Assembly: GCA_963812015.1 (NCBI GenBank)
Contig: CAWETI010000002.1
Span: 1,376,001-1,440,000, forward strand
Origin: an uncultured delta proteobacterium
Lineage (GTDB): Bacteria > Desulfobacterota > Desulfobaccia > Desulfobaccales > 0-14-0-80-60-11
Length of the DNA stretch: 64,000 nt
Direction: 5' to 3'
In this document: positions 29,426 to 39,426 of the stretch, piece after piece
Layout of the letters: each line of letters opens with the position of its first letter
Numbering within the stretch: the first letter of the stretch is position 1
Notes under the pieces: model-generated
Databases searched by the model: none
Seen by the model: only the letters and a program-made list of their open reading frames with translations
Told to the model about the DNA's origin: nothing
Made by a program: the position numbers and the translations under genes

Positions 29426-31090
29426 TTATCTGGCCCCTTGTTCATCCCTAAAAAGTTTATAGGTGATGCTGTCCACCAACGCCTGCCAGGAGGCGTCGAT
29501 GATATCGGTGGCCACCCCCACCGTATTCCACCACTCGTGGCCGTCCCGAGAGATGATGAGGACCCGCACCATGGCGCCGGTGCCGCGCATGCCGGGGAGC
29601 ACCCTGACCTTGTAGTCTTCCAGGATGATTTCCGTCAAGCGGGGATAAAACCGCACCAGGGCCTTGAGCAGGGCGTTGTACAGGGCGTCCACCGGGCCGT
29701 TGCCGAAGGCCGCGGTATGGACTTCATGCGCCCCTACCCGCACCCGGAGGGTAGCTTCAGGCACCGGGGGCTCCAAGCCTCCTACCTTCTGATCGATAAC
29801 CCGGTAGGACTGGAGCTGAAAGTATTCCTTGTGCTGGCCCAAGGCGGCCCGGAGGAGCAACTCCAGGGAGGCCTCGGCGTCTTCGAACTGGAAGCCCTGG
29901 GACTCCAGGTCCTTGACCTTGTCCAGGACGGTCTTGACGTTGCTCTCAAAGGGCGGTAGTTGCACCCCTTCATCCAGGTTGAGAATCTGCCTCAATTTAT
30001 CCAGGGCATGGCGCACCGCAGTATCGTGGGTCCCCAAATCCAGCCCCAATTCCTGGGCTCTCATGAGGATGTTGCCCCGGCCTGACAGGTCGGAGACCGG
30101 AATCACCCGAACATTACCCACCAGGGCCGGGTCGATATGCTCATAGGCCTTGGGATTGCGTTTCACCGCGGCGGCATGGATGCCCGCCTTGTGAGCGAAG
30201 GCGCTCTTGCCCACGTAGGGCTGGTAACGATTGGGACGGACGTTGGCCGCCTCGTAGACGAACCGGGAGACCTCGGTGAGGCGCTTGAGCTTGTTGTCGC
30301 CCAGGCAATCTATCCCCATCTTCAACTGGAGGTTGGGAATGATGGAACAGAGATTGGCGTTGCCGCAGCGCTCCCCCACGCCGTTGATGGTCCCCTGGAC
30401 CTGGCCGCACCCCAGTGCCACCGCGGCGATGGAGTTGGCCACCGCCAGTTCGGAATCATTGTGGGCGTGGATCCCCAGGGGTGCTTCGGGGAAGCGTTCC
30501 TGGACCGTCTTGATGATCTCGATCAACTCGCTGGTCAGGGTGCCGCCATTGGTGTCGCAGAGCACCAGGCACTCTGCGCCGCCGTTCAAAGCGGCCTGCA
30601 GGGCTTTCAGGGCGTAGTCCCGGTCGTCCTTGAAGCCATCGAAGAAATGCTCGGCGTCATAAAACAGCTCTTCCACCCGGGGCTTGAGATAGGCCAGGGA
30701 GCCGGTGATGAGTTCCAGGTTGCGCTCCGGGGTGGTTTGCAGGATCTCCTTGACCTGGAAGAGGGACGACTTGCCGAAGAGAGTCACCACTGACGCCCGG
30801 CTGATGAGGAGTTCCTGGAAAACAGGATCGGACTCCGGCGGCCGGTCCTTGTGGTGGGTGCTGCCAAACGCGGCGATGCGACTGACGCCCAACTCATAAT
30901 TGCGAATTTCGCCGAAGAAGTCCTTGTCCTTGGGGTTGGCCCCGGGCCAGCCGCCTTCAATGTAATGAATGCCCAGATGCGCCAGCTTTTGGGCGATGCG
31001 GATTTTGTCGGCCAGGGACAGATTGAAATCCTCGGCCTGGGTACCGTCTCTCAAGGTGGTGTCATAGATTTTTACCTGGCGCATGGTCAT
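29426..31090 (-). CDS. cimA: Citramalate synthase (LeuA/CimA family)
   Basis: YDTTLRDGTQAE, IEGGWPG, DAEHFFDG, LCDTNGG, HAHND, GERCGN, AFAHKAG, GNGPV. Confidence 0.9.
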   Translation of the reverse strand: MTMRQVKIYDTTLRDGTQAEDFNLSLADKIRIAQKLAHLGIHYIEGGWPGANPKDKDFFGEIRNYELGVSRIAAFGSTHHKDRPPESDPVFQELLISRASVVTLFGKSSLFQVKEILQTTPERNLELITGSLAYLKPRVEELFYDAEHFFDGFKDDRDYALKALQAALNGGAECLVLCDTNGGTLTSELIEIIKTVQERFPEAPLGIHAHNDSELAVANSIAAVALGCGQVQGTINGVGERCGNANLCSIIPNLQLKMGIDCLGDNKLKRLTEVSRFVYEAANVRPNRYQPYVGKSAFAHKAGIHAAAVKRNPKAYEHIDPALVGNVRVIPVSDLSGRGNILMRAQELGLDLGTHDTAVRHALDKLRQILNLDEGVQLPPFESNVKTVLDKVKDLESQGFQFEDAEASLELLLRAALGQHKEYFQLQSYRVIDQKVGGLEPPVPEATLRVRVGAHEVHTAAFGNGPVDALYNALLKALVRFYPRLTEIILEDYKVRVLPGMRGTGAMVRVLIISRDGHEWWNTVGVATDIIDASWQALVDSITYKLFRDEQGAR

Positions 31091-31097
31091 TCCTCTT

Positions 31098-32339
31098 TTA
31101 AGTGGATGCCTTCCGTTTCGGCGGGGGCGTCTCCAACCCGAAGGCGTCGTGGAGCACCCGTACGGCCAATTCGCCGTATTTATCTTCAATGACGCAGGAA
31201 ATTTTGATCTCCGAGGTGCTGATCATCAAGATGTTGATGTTTTCGGCGGCCATGGCTTCGAACATGCGGGCCGCCACCCCGGCGTTGTTCTTCATACCCA
31301 CGCCGACCACGGAGACCTTGGCGATGTTCTCTTCGCTTAATACTTTCTCGGCCCCGATATCGGCGGCCACCGGCTTGACAATCTCGAGGGTCTTCTTCAG
31401 GTCACCCTTGGGCACGGTAAAAGTCAGGTCAGTGTGGCCCTCGATGCTGGTGTTCTGGATGATCATGTCCACCACGATGTTGGCATCAGCCACCGGCTGG
31501 AACAGGTGTATCGCAACTCCGGGGCGGTCGGGAACCCGGGTGATGGTGACCCGAGCATCATTTCGGCTGAGGGCAACCCCGGATACTGGCACAATTTCCA
31601 TTTCTTCATCCTCCACGGTCACCAGGGTGCCCGGCTCCTCGGAAAAACTGCTGCGTACCACCAGGGGTACGCTATACCGCCTGGCAAAACCCACGGATCG
31701 GATCTCCAGAACTTTGGCCCCCATAGAAGCCAACTCCAGCATTTCGTCATACGAGATGCGCTCCAGTTTCCTGGCCTTGGGGTAGATGCGGGGGTCAGTG
31801 GTGTAGACCCCGTCCACGTCGGTATAGATTTCACAGAGGTCGGCTTTCAAGGTTGCGGCAATGGCCACCGCGGTGGTATCGGAGCCGCCCCGGCCCAAAG
31901 TGGTGATGTTCCCCACTTCGTCCACCCCCTGGAACCCGGCTACGGTGACGATGCGGTTTTTTTTCAATTCTTCTTTAATGCGGGCGGTATCGATGCCCAG
32001 GATTCGGGCTCGCCCATAGGCCCGATCGGTATAAATCCGGGCCTGGTGGGAGAGCAGGGAGGTGGCCGGCACGCCCTGGGACCGGAGAAACATACTGAAC
32101 AGGGACACGGTGACCTGCTCGCCGGTAGCCAGCAGCACGTCCAGTTCCCGGGGGTCCGGGTCTTCGGACAATTCCTTGGCCAGATTAATGAGGCGGTCGG
32201 TTTCGCCGGCCATGGCGCTCAACACCACCACCATTTTATTGCCGTCTCGCCAGCCTTTGACCACCCGGTTGGCCACATTGGCAATGCGGTCGGGGTTGGC
32301 CACCGAGGTGCCGCCATACTTTTGCACAATGATAGGCAC
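31098..32339 (-). CDS. lysC: Aspartate kinase
   Basis: VQKYGGTSV, TTLGRGGSDTTA, TDVDG, two ACT domains, ISTSEIKIS. Confidence 0.97.
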   Translation of the reverse strand: MPIIVQKYGGTSVANPDRIANVANRVVKGWRDGNKMVVVLSAMAGETDRLINLAKELSEDPDPRELDVLLATGEQVTVSLFSMFLRSQGVPATSLLSHQARIYTDRAYGRARILGIDTARIKEELKKNRIVTVAGFQGVDEVGNITTLGRGGSDTTAVAIAATLKADLCEIYTDVDGVYTTDPRIYPKARKLERISYDEMLELASMGAKVLEIRSVGFARRYSVPLVVRSSFSEEPGTLVTVEDEEMEIVPVSGVALSRNDARVTITRVPDRPGVAIHLFQPVADANIVVDMIIQNTSIEGHTDLTFTVPKGDLKKTLEIVKPVAADIGAEKVLSEENIAKVSVVGVGMKNNAGVAARMFEAMAAENINILMISTSEIKISCVIEDKYGELAVRVLHDAFGLETPPPKRKAST

Positions 32340-32507
32340 GATTGCACTCCAGATTTATATAAATCATTAATTATATCTCATCTTTAAAAAAAGCAAAGCG
32401 CTTCTCGGCCATCTTTCGCTATGGTCAAGGGTGCATTTTTAGATTGACGCTGGCAAACAAATGGTGGTATTAAAAGAAAAAAATCACAAGTAAAGGAGGC
32501 CAGATAC

Positions 32508-33410
32508 ATGGCTGCAAAATTGATCAAAGGGGCCGAAGTGGCCGCCCAAATAAGGGAAGAGCTGAAGAAGGAAGTAGAAGAACTCAAGGCCAAACATAAT
32601 TTGACCCCGGGCTTGGTTACCATCCTGGTGGGGGAAGACCCGGGCTCCGTCAGCTACGTCACCGCCAAACAGAAGACTTCTCACGAGTTGGGCTTCTATT
32701 CCATCCAGGACAACCAGTCCCCGGATATCACCGAGGCGGCCCTGCTGGCCCTCCTGGACAAATACAACAAGGACCCCAAGATCCACGGCATCCTGGTGCA
32801 GCTGCCCCTGCCCAAGCACATCGACTCCAACAAGGTGCTTTACGGCATTAATCCCGACAAAGACGTGGACGCCTTCCATCCGGTGAATGTGGGCCGCATT
32901 TTGATCGGCAATTATGCCTTTCTGCCCTGCACCCCGGCCGGCTGCCAGGAACTCATCTATCGGTCTTACGGCGACCCCAAGGGCAAGGAAGTGGTGGTGG
33001 TGGGGCGCTCCAACATCGTGGGCAAACCCATGGTGGCCATCATGATCCAGAAGCGGGCCGGGGCCAACGCCACCGTCACCTGCGTCCACACCGGCACTCC
33101 CAAAGATAAGATGATCGAGCACTGCCGCCGGGCCGACATCCTCATCGTCGCCGCGGGCGTGCCCAAATACATCCAGGGCGACTGGGTCAAAGAAGGCGTC
33201 TGCGTCATCGACGTGGGCGTCAACCGCATCGGCAAGAGCGAGAAGACCGGCAAAGCCATCCTGGCCGGCGACGTCGATTTCGAATCCGTCTCGCAAAAAG
33301 CCTCCTTTATCACCCCGGTGCCCGGCGGCGTCGGCCCCATGACCATCACCATGCTCATGAAGAACACCGTCATGGCCGCCAAACTGGCCGCAGGGCTGGT
33401 AAAGCTGTAA
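32508..33410 (+). CDS. folD: Methylenetetrahydrofolate dehydrogenase/cyclohydrolase
   Basis: GILVQLPLP, KDVD, PCTP, GRSNIVGKP, DVGVN, TPVPGGVGPMT. Confidence 0.97.
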   Translation: MAAKLIKGAEVAAQIREELKKEVEELKAKHNLTPGLVTILVGEDPGSVSYVTAKQKTSHELGFYSIQDNQSPDITEAALLALLDKYNKDPKIHGILVQLPLPKHIDSNKVLYGINPDKDVDAFHPVNVGRILIGNYAFLPCTPAGCQELIYRSYGDPKGKEVVVVGRSNIVGKPMVAIMIQKRAGANATVTCVHTGTPKDKMIEHCRRADILIVAAGVPKYIQGDWVKEGVCVIDVGVNRIGKSEKTGKAILAGDVDFESVSQKASFITPVPGGVGPMTITMLMKNTVMAAKLAAGLVKL

Positions 33411-33430
33411 GATTGGGTTGAGGGATTTTA

Positions 33431-33636
33431 TTGGGGAGAGGGCTAAGGGCTTTTCCGTCAGGTGCCCTTACCCCCTCCCCAACCCCCCCAATGCCATAAA
33501 GAGGTGCAATAATTCACAAAGATAAGGCGAGGCCTTGGCCCCGCCTTATCTTTGTGCACCCTTACATCGGTTGGGAGGGGGTGTGGGGGGGGAGGGCAGG
33601 GACTCTTATGTAAGGGTCCCTGGCCCTCTCCCCACA
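33431..33636. repeat. Composite element: two inverted hairpin + C-tail repeats around a central long hairpin (33515-33556)
   Basis: 33431-33490 and 33569-33636 are inverted copies of one family; central CACAAAGATAAGGCG..CGCCTTATCTTTGTG; lies between convergent folD and hisI-like genes. Confidence 0.75.
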
Positions 33637-33642
33637 ATCTCT

Positions 33643-34053
33643 CTAATGTGAAAAGGCGATTTCCGGGTAGACCTCGTCCGGGTCGAAGACCCGGGGGTCG
33701 GCGATTTCCCAGCCCTCGGGGGTGAGGCGTCGGAAAAAGCAGGACTGGTAGCCCAATTCGCAGGCCCCGCCGGCGGGCCGCACCTTAAGGAGGAGTTGGT
33801 CTCCCCGGCAGTTAAGGCGCATCTCCAGCACTTCCTGGAAGTGCCCCGAGGCCTCGCCTTTGGCCACCACCTTGCGTTTGTCCGGGTGGTAATAGTGGAC
33901 CCGGCCCGTGGCGGACATTCGTTCCAGAGCCTCCCGGTCCAGTTCCACCACCATCAGTACGGCGCCGGTATCGGCCTCCTGGATGACGGCGGCCAGGCGC
34001 CGGCCTTCGGGCAACGGCAGCCAGTCTGGCAGGTGCAGCCATTTCTGGGTCAA
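33643..34053 (-). CDS. Divergent phosphoribosyl-AMP cyclohydrolase (HisI)-like protein
   Basis: AVIQEADTGAVLM, KGEASG, NCRGD, ACELGYQSCFF, FDPDEVY; TTG start after AAGGAGG. Confidence 0.78.
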   Translation of the reverse strand: MTQKWLHLPDWLPLPEGRRLAAVIQEADTGAVLMVVELDREALERMSATGRVHYYHPDKRKVVAKGEASGHFQEVLEMRLNCRGDQLLLKVRPAGGACELGYQSCFFRRLTPEGWEIADPRVFDPDEVYPEIAFSH

Positions 34054-34257
34054 GGCGTCCTCCTTAAGAAAAAAAGAAAAAATGGACCGAATAAATTTTT
34101 CTAACATAATCGTTCAGTATCGGTCCATTTTTTTTCCCAAGCGGCTCTATATCTGGAAAAAATCTTGACATATTTGGGAGATGGATGGTATTTAGGAGCA
34201 TTGTAAAAGTGAAAGAGTGCACAAATTATTCCGCCAAAACAGGGAGGAGACAAAAAG

Positions 34258-34674
34258 ATGGCAAGATATGGTTACATAGAATTTTACTACAGCACCAAAC
34301 ACGCGCCCGTCGATAAATATAAATGCGACAATGCGAATGTGCTCAACCTGCTGAAAAGCGTGGGGTCCCATGGGGTAGAGACCGCGGCCATTGACCTGGC
34401 CGACAATGCCGATCCCTTCCGGATGTACCACAAGGCCTCCAGCGGCCCTGCCTCCGAGTATCGCCCCATTTTCGGCGAGGTGCGTGGTTCGGATTATAAA
34501 GAATACTTCGGCAAGACCATTCCGGCCCTCTGCGTCTACCCCAAGAAGGGTGACCGGGCTCCGGTGGAGGTCTTACCTCGCATGGACCATAAGCTAGGCC
34601 GGGTTTATCTGATCGAGGAATGGTTGGAAAATTATGTCGCCGAGCTGGAAGGCCGCATCGAAGCCACGAAGTAA
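34258..34674 (+). CDS. Hypothetical protein (138 aa), monocistronic
   Basis: GGAGG SD, TTGACA at 34165, own terminator, host-like codon usage. Confidence 0.8.
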   Translation: MARYGYIEFYYSTKHAPVDKYKCDNANVLNLLKSVGSHGVETAAIDLADNADPFRMYHKASSGPASEYRPIFGEVRGSDYKEYFGKTIPALCVYPKKGDRAPVEVLPRMDHKLGRVYLIEEWLENYVAELEGRIEATK

Positions 34675-34687
34675 CCGCCACTTTTCG

Positions 34688-34720
34688 GCCCCACCGGCAA
34701 CGGTGGGGCTTTTTTTTTTT
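34688..34720 (+). terminator. Rho-independent terminator
   Basis: GCCCCACCG-GCAA-CGGTGGGGC followed by a long T-tract. Confidence 0.92.
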
Positions 34721-34788
34721 GTATGAACCCCAGGTGTGGGCCCGGCAGCTCCTGCCCCGACAAAAAGAATTAGCCGTGTGAAAGGCTG

Positions 34789-35346
34789 TCACTGCTCCTG
34801 GGCGCCAGGGTAAACCCGCAACAATTCCCGCAAGGCTTTTCCGTAAGTTTCATACGCCGCGTGACCGAATAGGACGAAGCGGGCCAGCTTAATCTCCGGA
34901 TGCTGGGCCAGGTAATCCATGACCGTCTTTAAGGCGACCCGGGCCGCATCCTCTATGGGGTAAGCGTAGACGCCGGTGGAGATGGAAGGAAAGGCAAGGG
35001 ATTTAAGCCCTTTGGCCGAGGCCAGCTTCAGGCTTTCCCGGTAGCACGAGGCCAGCAGATCCGGCTCCCGATGGAACCCATCCTTATAGACGGGGCCCAC
35101 GGTGTGGATCACATACCTGGCCTTGAGGTTGCCGCCGGTGGTAATACGGGCCTCCCCCGTGGGACAGCCCCCCAACTGGCGGCATGCGGCTTCGATGGTC
35201 GGCCCGCCGGCCCGGTGGATGGCGCCGTCCACCCCGCCCCCGGGACGCAGGGCGGCATTAGCGGCGTTGACAACGGCGTCCGTGTCTTGCCGGGTGATAT
35301 CCCCTTCCACCAGTTCCAGGGTGGATTGACCCACTTTCACTTCCAT
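34789..35346 (-). CDS. Macro-domain O-acetyl-ADP-ribose deacetylase (YmdB-like)
   Basis: GDIT, VNAAN, GGGVDGAIHRAGG, VIHTVGP, AFPSISTGVY. Confidence 0.95.
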   Translation of the reverse strand: MEVKVGQSTLELVEGDITRQDTDAVVNAANAALRPGGGVDGAIHRAGGPTIEAACRQLGGCPTGEARITTGGNLKARYVIHTVGPVYKDGFHREPDLLASCYRESLKLASAKGLKSLAFPSISTGVYAYPIEDAARVALKTVMDYLAQHPEIKLARFVLFGHAAYETYGKALRELLRVYPGAQEQ

Positions 35347-35424
35347 GCACCGACCTCCGAGGTTACCTCAAGGGGAGAGGACTCCTGACCTCTGCCACAG
35401 GCTTGCACTTTTAATCCTGTTCAT

Positions 35425-35494
35425 GGGGGTTGGGAGGGGAGTTTGAGGGGGGCGGAGGACCCTGACTAAATGCCCCCCGGTCCCCCCCTCAACC
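35425..35494 (-). repeat. Hairpin + C-rich-tail intergenic repeat
   Basis: Same family as 33569 and 41826, just after the stop at 35510. Confidence 0.65.
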
Positions 35495-35509
35495 TAGTCT
35501 TTTGTCAAT

Positions 35510-36085
35510 TCATTTTGGAATAAGGCGGTACGGAGCCGCCCGTTTGGTCCACTCGCTGCCGAGAAATTTGGCCGTCAAGGTTTCGTATGATTCCCGCAAG
35601 GGTTTGGGGTCGTGGGTCATCTTATAGCGGGACACCCCCATGAAAAAGACGGCCTCCGCCGCTGCGGCGCTGTCGGGATAATTCTGCAAGGCTTCCTCGA
35701 ACATGCCCTGGGCCTCGGGATGCTGCTCGGCGTTGAAGTACCATTTGCCCTTGGCCACCATGAACGTGGGAATGAATTCCTCCGGCGGGAGAAATCCCAC
35801 CACGCGATGGACCTCGTTGCCGTCGGCATCCAGCACGATGATCGTGGGGGTCCAATTCACCTTAAATTGCTCCATCAGGGCGGTGTTCGAGACCTCGATC
35901 TGGACCGGGGCAAAGTTATAATCCACAAACTTGACGACTTTGTCATTGGGGTACGTAACCGCACCCATCTGTTGGCATCCGATTCACTGTGGGTTGAAAA
36001 AGTCAAGGAGAACGGGCTTCTTCGTCTGGCGGGCGCTGTTTTTGGCCTTGGCCAGATCATTCAGCCAGCAGATATTCAGGGCCAT
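35510..36085 (-). CDS. Selenocysteine-containing thioredoxin-like protein (UxxC) with C-terminal TPR-like region, 191 aa
   Basis: Continuous frame MALNICW..KPVLLDFFNPQ-(TGA 35984-35986)-IGCQQMGAVTY..WTPTII; AAGGAGG SD; SECIS-like hairpin after the TGA. Confidence 0.9.
35949..35966 (-). promoter_or_regulatory. Bacterial SECIS-like hairpin
   Basis: GGGUGCG-GUUA-CGUACCC; the loop starts 24 nt 3' of the UGA and begins with GU. Confidence 0.75.
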
Positions 36086-36389
36086 GGGGATTTCCTCCTT
36101 GTGAGAAAACGGGGCTAAGCTATCCCGCATATTATTCAATAAATAATCATTCCTAATCGAAAGGCAAGAGAGGCAGGGCGGGTTTGAGCAGGGTGGGGCA
36201 GGCGGTTTAGGGGGACGCGGCACGGGAGGGCCAGGTCGCCCTCCCGCGCTTTGGCCATCACTAACAGGCGATTAAAAACGGGTCGCCTTGCTCAGAATGA
36301 CAATTTAAAGAAAGTGGCAGGTTTTCTCACACCCTAAGAGAAGTACTGGTGAGCGGTGAGTCTTCACAAACCTGACGGGTCCCGGCCTC

Positions 36390-36872
36390 TTACTCTACAA
36401 TGATGACGGCGCAGCCTTTGGCGTTTTGCACCACCTTGTGGGTGACGCTTCCCAAAAGGAGGGTCTTGGCCAGGCCCAGGCCCCGGCGACCCATGATGAT
36501 GGTGTCGAAGCGCCCGGTTTCGGCTTCGTTGAGGATATCTTCGGCTACGTCATAATCTCTGAGCTTGAATTTATTATGCACCGCATCCTTGGGGATGCCG
36601 GCCTTGATTAAGTGATCGTGGGCCTTTTTCACCAGGCCCTGCCATTTCTTTTCTTGCTCTGTCTGCCAGCCGGCCACCAGCCGCTGCCGGGATTCTCTTT
36701 CTTTTTCATCCAGGATATGGCCGTCATCCCAGAAAGCCGGGGGTAGATCCGACAAAACCTGGAGGAGCGTAACCTGCACCCCCGGAGTTTTACCGAAGGT
36801 TTCAGCCGTGTAGTCCACCGCCCGCCAGGCCCCTTCCGAACTATCCAGGCCAATTAAGATCTTATGGGACAT
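36390..36872 (-). CDS. Universal stress protein (UspA family)
   Basis: KILIGLDSSE, IIMGRRG, LLGSVTHKV. Confidence 0.92.
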   Translation of the reverse strand: MSHKILIGLDSSEGAWRAVDYTAETFGKTPGVQVTLLQVLSDLPPAFWDDGHILDEKERESRQRLVAGWQTEQEKKWQGLVKKAHDHLIKAGIPKDAVHNKFKLRDYDVAEDILNEAETGRFDTIIMGRRGLGLAKTLLLGSVTHKVVQNAKGCAVIIVE

Positions 36873-37124
36873 GCATGCCTCCTTTTGCATAGATAAAGTT
36901 AATTTTAAGCATCAGCAGGAGAAGATGTCAACCGACGGGCGCGACTGAATGCTTCTTGGGCAATTGCGGGGCTCCATACCCCCGGCGCCCCGGGAGGAGC
37001 GCTCCGGCCGGCGGATAGCCGGTTAGGCCGAGAGCCTCGGCGCCGGGGCCAGGGATTATGCCGGCACAAAAACCTTGCAATGTTACCACCCCGGCCATAA
37101 AATTCTCAGGCAAGAGTACTGCTT

Positions 37125-38204
37125 ATGGACCAGCCAAAGGACCTGTTTTATAGCCCTGCGGACCACACCGGCCAGGTGGATCGGTTGCTGGCCACCATCG
37201 AGTTCTCCAAGGCTCTAGTGAGCGCCTACGATATGGAGACGCTCCTTACCGCGATCCTGGAGCGCATCAAGGCGATCATCCCCGCCCAGAACTGGTCCTT
37301 GCTGCTCATCGACCCTCAGACCCAGGAATTGTACTTCGCCGTGGTGGTGGGAGTGGCCCCGGAGAAGGTGAAGGATATCCGCCTGCAGCCGGGAGAAGGC
37401 ATCGCCGGGACCGTGGCCCGGACGGCGCTGCCGATCTTCATCCCCGATGCGGACCAGGACCCCCGCTTTGCCGCCCGGGTGGACAGCTTGACCGGCTTTG
37501 ACACCCATTCCATCATCGCTCTGCCTTTGATCATCCGGGGAAAAGTCATCGGGGTGTTCGAGGTGATCAATGTGGAGGACGAGAGATACTTCCGGGAGAA
37601 ATACCTGCCCCACCTGACCATTCTGGCGGACTATGTGGCCATCGCGGTGGATAATGTCCGCAATTTACAGAAGCTCGAGGCCCGCACCTTTATTGACGAT
37701 GTGACCGGGTTCTACAATACCCGGTATCTTATCCACGAACTGGACCGCCTCATCCCCCAGCTCCTGGACCAGGGTGCGTCTTTTTCCGTGGTCTTCCTGG
37801 ACCTGGACAACTTCAAGACGGTGGTGGACACCCACGGCCACCTGCGGGGCAGCAAGGTCCTGGCCCAAGTGGCCCGGGTAATTAATGGGGTGCTGGGGCC
37901 GGACGACAGCCTGGTACACTACGGCGGCGATGAGTTCATCACCCTGATGCCCCGGCGGTCCCGGCAGGACGCCCTGGAGACCACCCGCCGCCTGCGCCGG
38001 AGCCTCAACCAGACGGTCTTCCTGCAAGATGAAGGGCTGGAGATCAAGGTCACGGCCAGCTACGGCATCGCCACCGTCCCGGATGACGCCCAGGACCGGG
38101 AGCAACTGCTGCTCATCGCCGACCGGGCCATGTTCGGCAGCAAAGGCCGGGGCCGGGACCGCATCATGGTGGGCCGGGACATGGTGCCGGTGGAAGATGC
38201 CTGA
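37125..38204 (+). CDS. GAF-GGDEF diguanylate cyclase
   Basis: GAF (GEGIAGTVA, DPRF), DLDNFK, YGGDEF, ADRAMF. Confidence 0.92.
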   Translation: MDQPKDLFYSPADHTGQVDRLLATIEFSKALVSAYDMETLLTAILERIKAIIPAQNWSLLLIDPQTQELYFAVVVGVAPEKVKDIRLQPGEGIAGTVARTALPIFIPDADQDPRFAARVDSLTGFDTHSIIALPLIIRGKVIGVFEVINVEDERYFREKYLPHLTILADYVAIAVDNVRNLQKLEARTFIDDVTGFYNTRYLIHELDRLIPQLLDQGASFSVVFLDLDNFKTVVDTHGHLRGSKVLAQVARVINGVLGPDDSLVHYGGDEFITLMPRRSRQDALETTRRLRRSLNQTVFLQDEGLEIKVTASYGIATVPDDAQDREQLLLIADRAMFGSKGRGRDRIMVGRDMVPVEDA

Positions 38205-38408
38205 AAGAGCGTCACGGGCACCGGGATCATTCCGCCACGAACCGGGAGAGATAAGAACCCTGATCGCGGCAGCCCTCTTGCCAGCACCAAAAAAAATTGG
38301 TCGGCAGTTTAACCGCATGGATTACCAACGGGTAGACTTCGATCCGGAGAACCCCCGCATCACGGATCTGCTGCTATCGCCCCACTGAGAGGCTACGCCA
38401 CCGCCGGT

Positions 38409-39164
38409 TTACTTGGCCTTGCCCTGGGCGGCCACGGCTTCCATGGCCTTTTTAATCTCCGCCTCATCCCCCAAATAGTAATGTTTCACCTGGTTCAGGT
38501 CGGCATCCAGTTCATATACCAGGGGGACGCCCGTGGGGATATTCACCGACACGATGGCGTCATCGGAGAGGCGATCTAGATGCTTCACCAGGGCGCGCAG
38601 GCTGTTGCCGTGGGCCACCACCAACACCCTTTGGCCGGCCTTAATGGCCGGGGCGATGATGTTATGCCAGTAGGGCAGCATACGGGCCACGGTATCGGCC
38701 AGGCATTCGCAGGCCGGGAGGGTGTCGGCGGCCAGGTGGGCATAGCGCCGGTCAAACCGGGGATGGCGAGGGTCGTCCGGTTCCAGGGCCGGGGGCCGCA
38801 CCGCATAACTGCGACGCCAGATCTGCACCTGTTCTTCGCCATATTTTGCCGCGGTTTCGCTTTTATTGAGCCCCTGCAAGGCCCCGTAATGCCGCTCATT
38901 GAGCTGCCAGGCGCGAATCACCGGGATCCACTCCAGTTCCATGGTCTCCAGGATGATCCAGAGGGTTTTGATGGCCCGCTTGAGCACCGAGGTGTAGGCG
39001 ATATCAAAGGTAAAGCCGCGGTCCCGGAGGAGCTGCCCCCCGGTCAGGGCTTCCTGGTCCCCCTGGGCCGACAGGCCCACGTCGGTCCAACCGGTGAAAC
39101 GGTTTTCCAGATTCCAGACGCTCTGGCCGTGCCGCACCAGCGTCAGGGAGTAGGTCGTGCTCAT
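38409..39164 (-). CDS. gpmA: 2,3-BPG-dependent phosphoglycerate mutase
   Basis: [30 protein letters not shown]. Confidence 0.97.
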   Translation of the reverse strand: MSTTYSLTLVRHGQSVWNLENRFTGWTDVGLSAQGDQEALTGGQLLRDRGFTFDIAYTSVLKRAIKTLWIILETMELEWIPVIRAWQLNERHYGALQGLNKSETAAKYGEEQVQIWRRSYAVRPPALEPDDPRHPRFDRRYAHLAADTLPACECLADTVARMLPYWHNIIAPAIKAGQRVLVVAHGNSLRALVKHLDRLSDDAIVSVNIPTGVPLVYELDADLNQVKHYYLGDEAEIKKAMEAVAAQGKAK

Positions 39165-39426
39165 GGGCGCCCCCTTGATGGGTGAAAGAGATGGGGTTCA
39201 GAAAGACCGGGCTGTTGAGGATCGCGCCATCAAACCCCGTTAACCACCGCCCGCATGGATTTGACCGGCGTAAGCATGCCGAACATGCTTGGCCTGCCGT
39301 CAGACCCCACGGGACAAAGAACTCTCAGTGTTGGAGTTGCCAGGATTTATTAGACTTCCGTTGACTGGCATAACGATTTTTCCGGTTTTTGGAGTGCCGC
39401 GACCCGGCGGATTGGGCGGAGACCCC

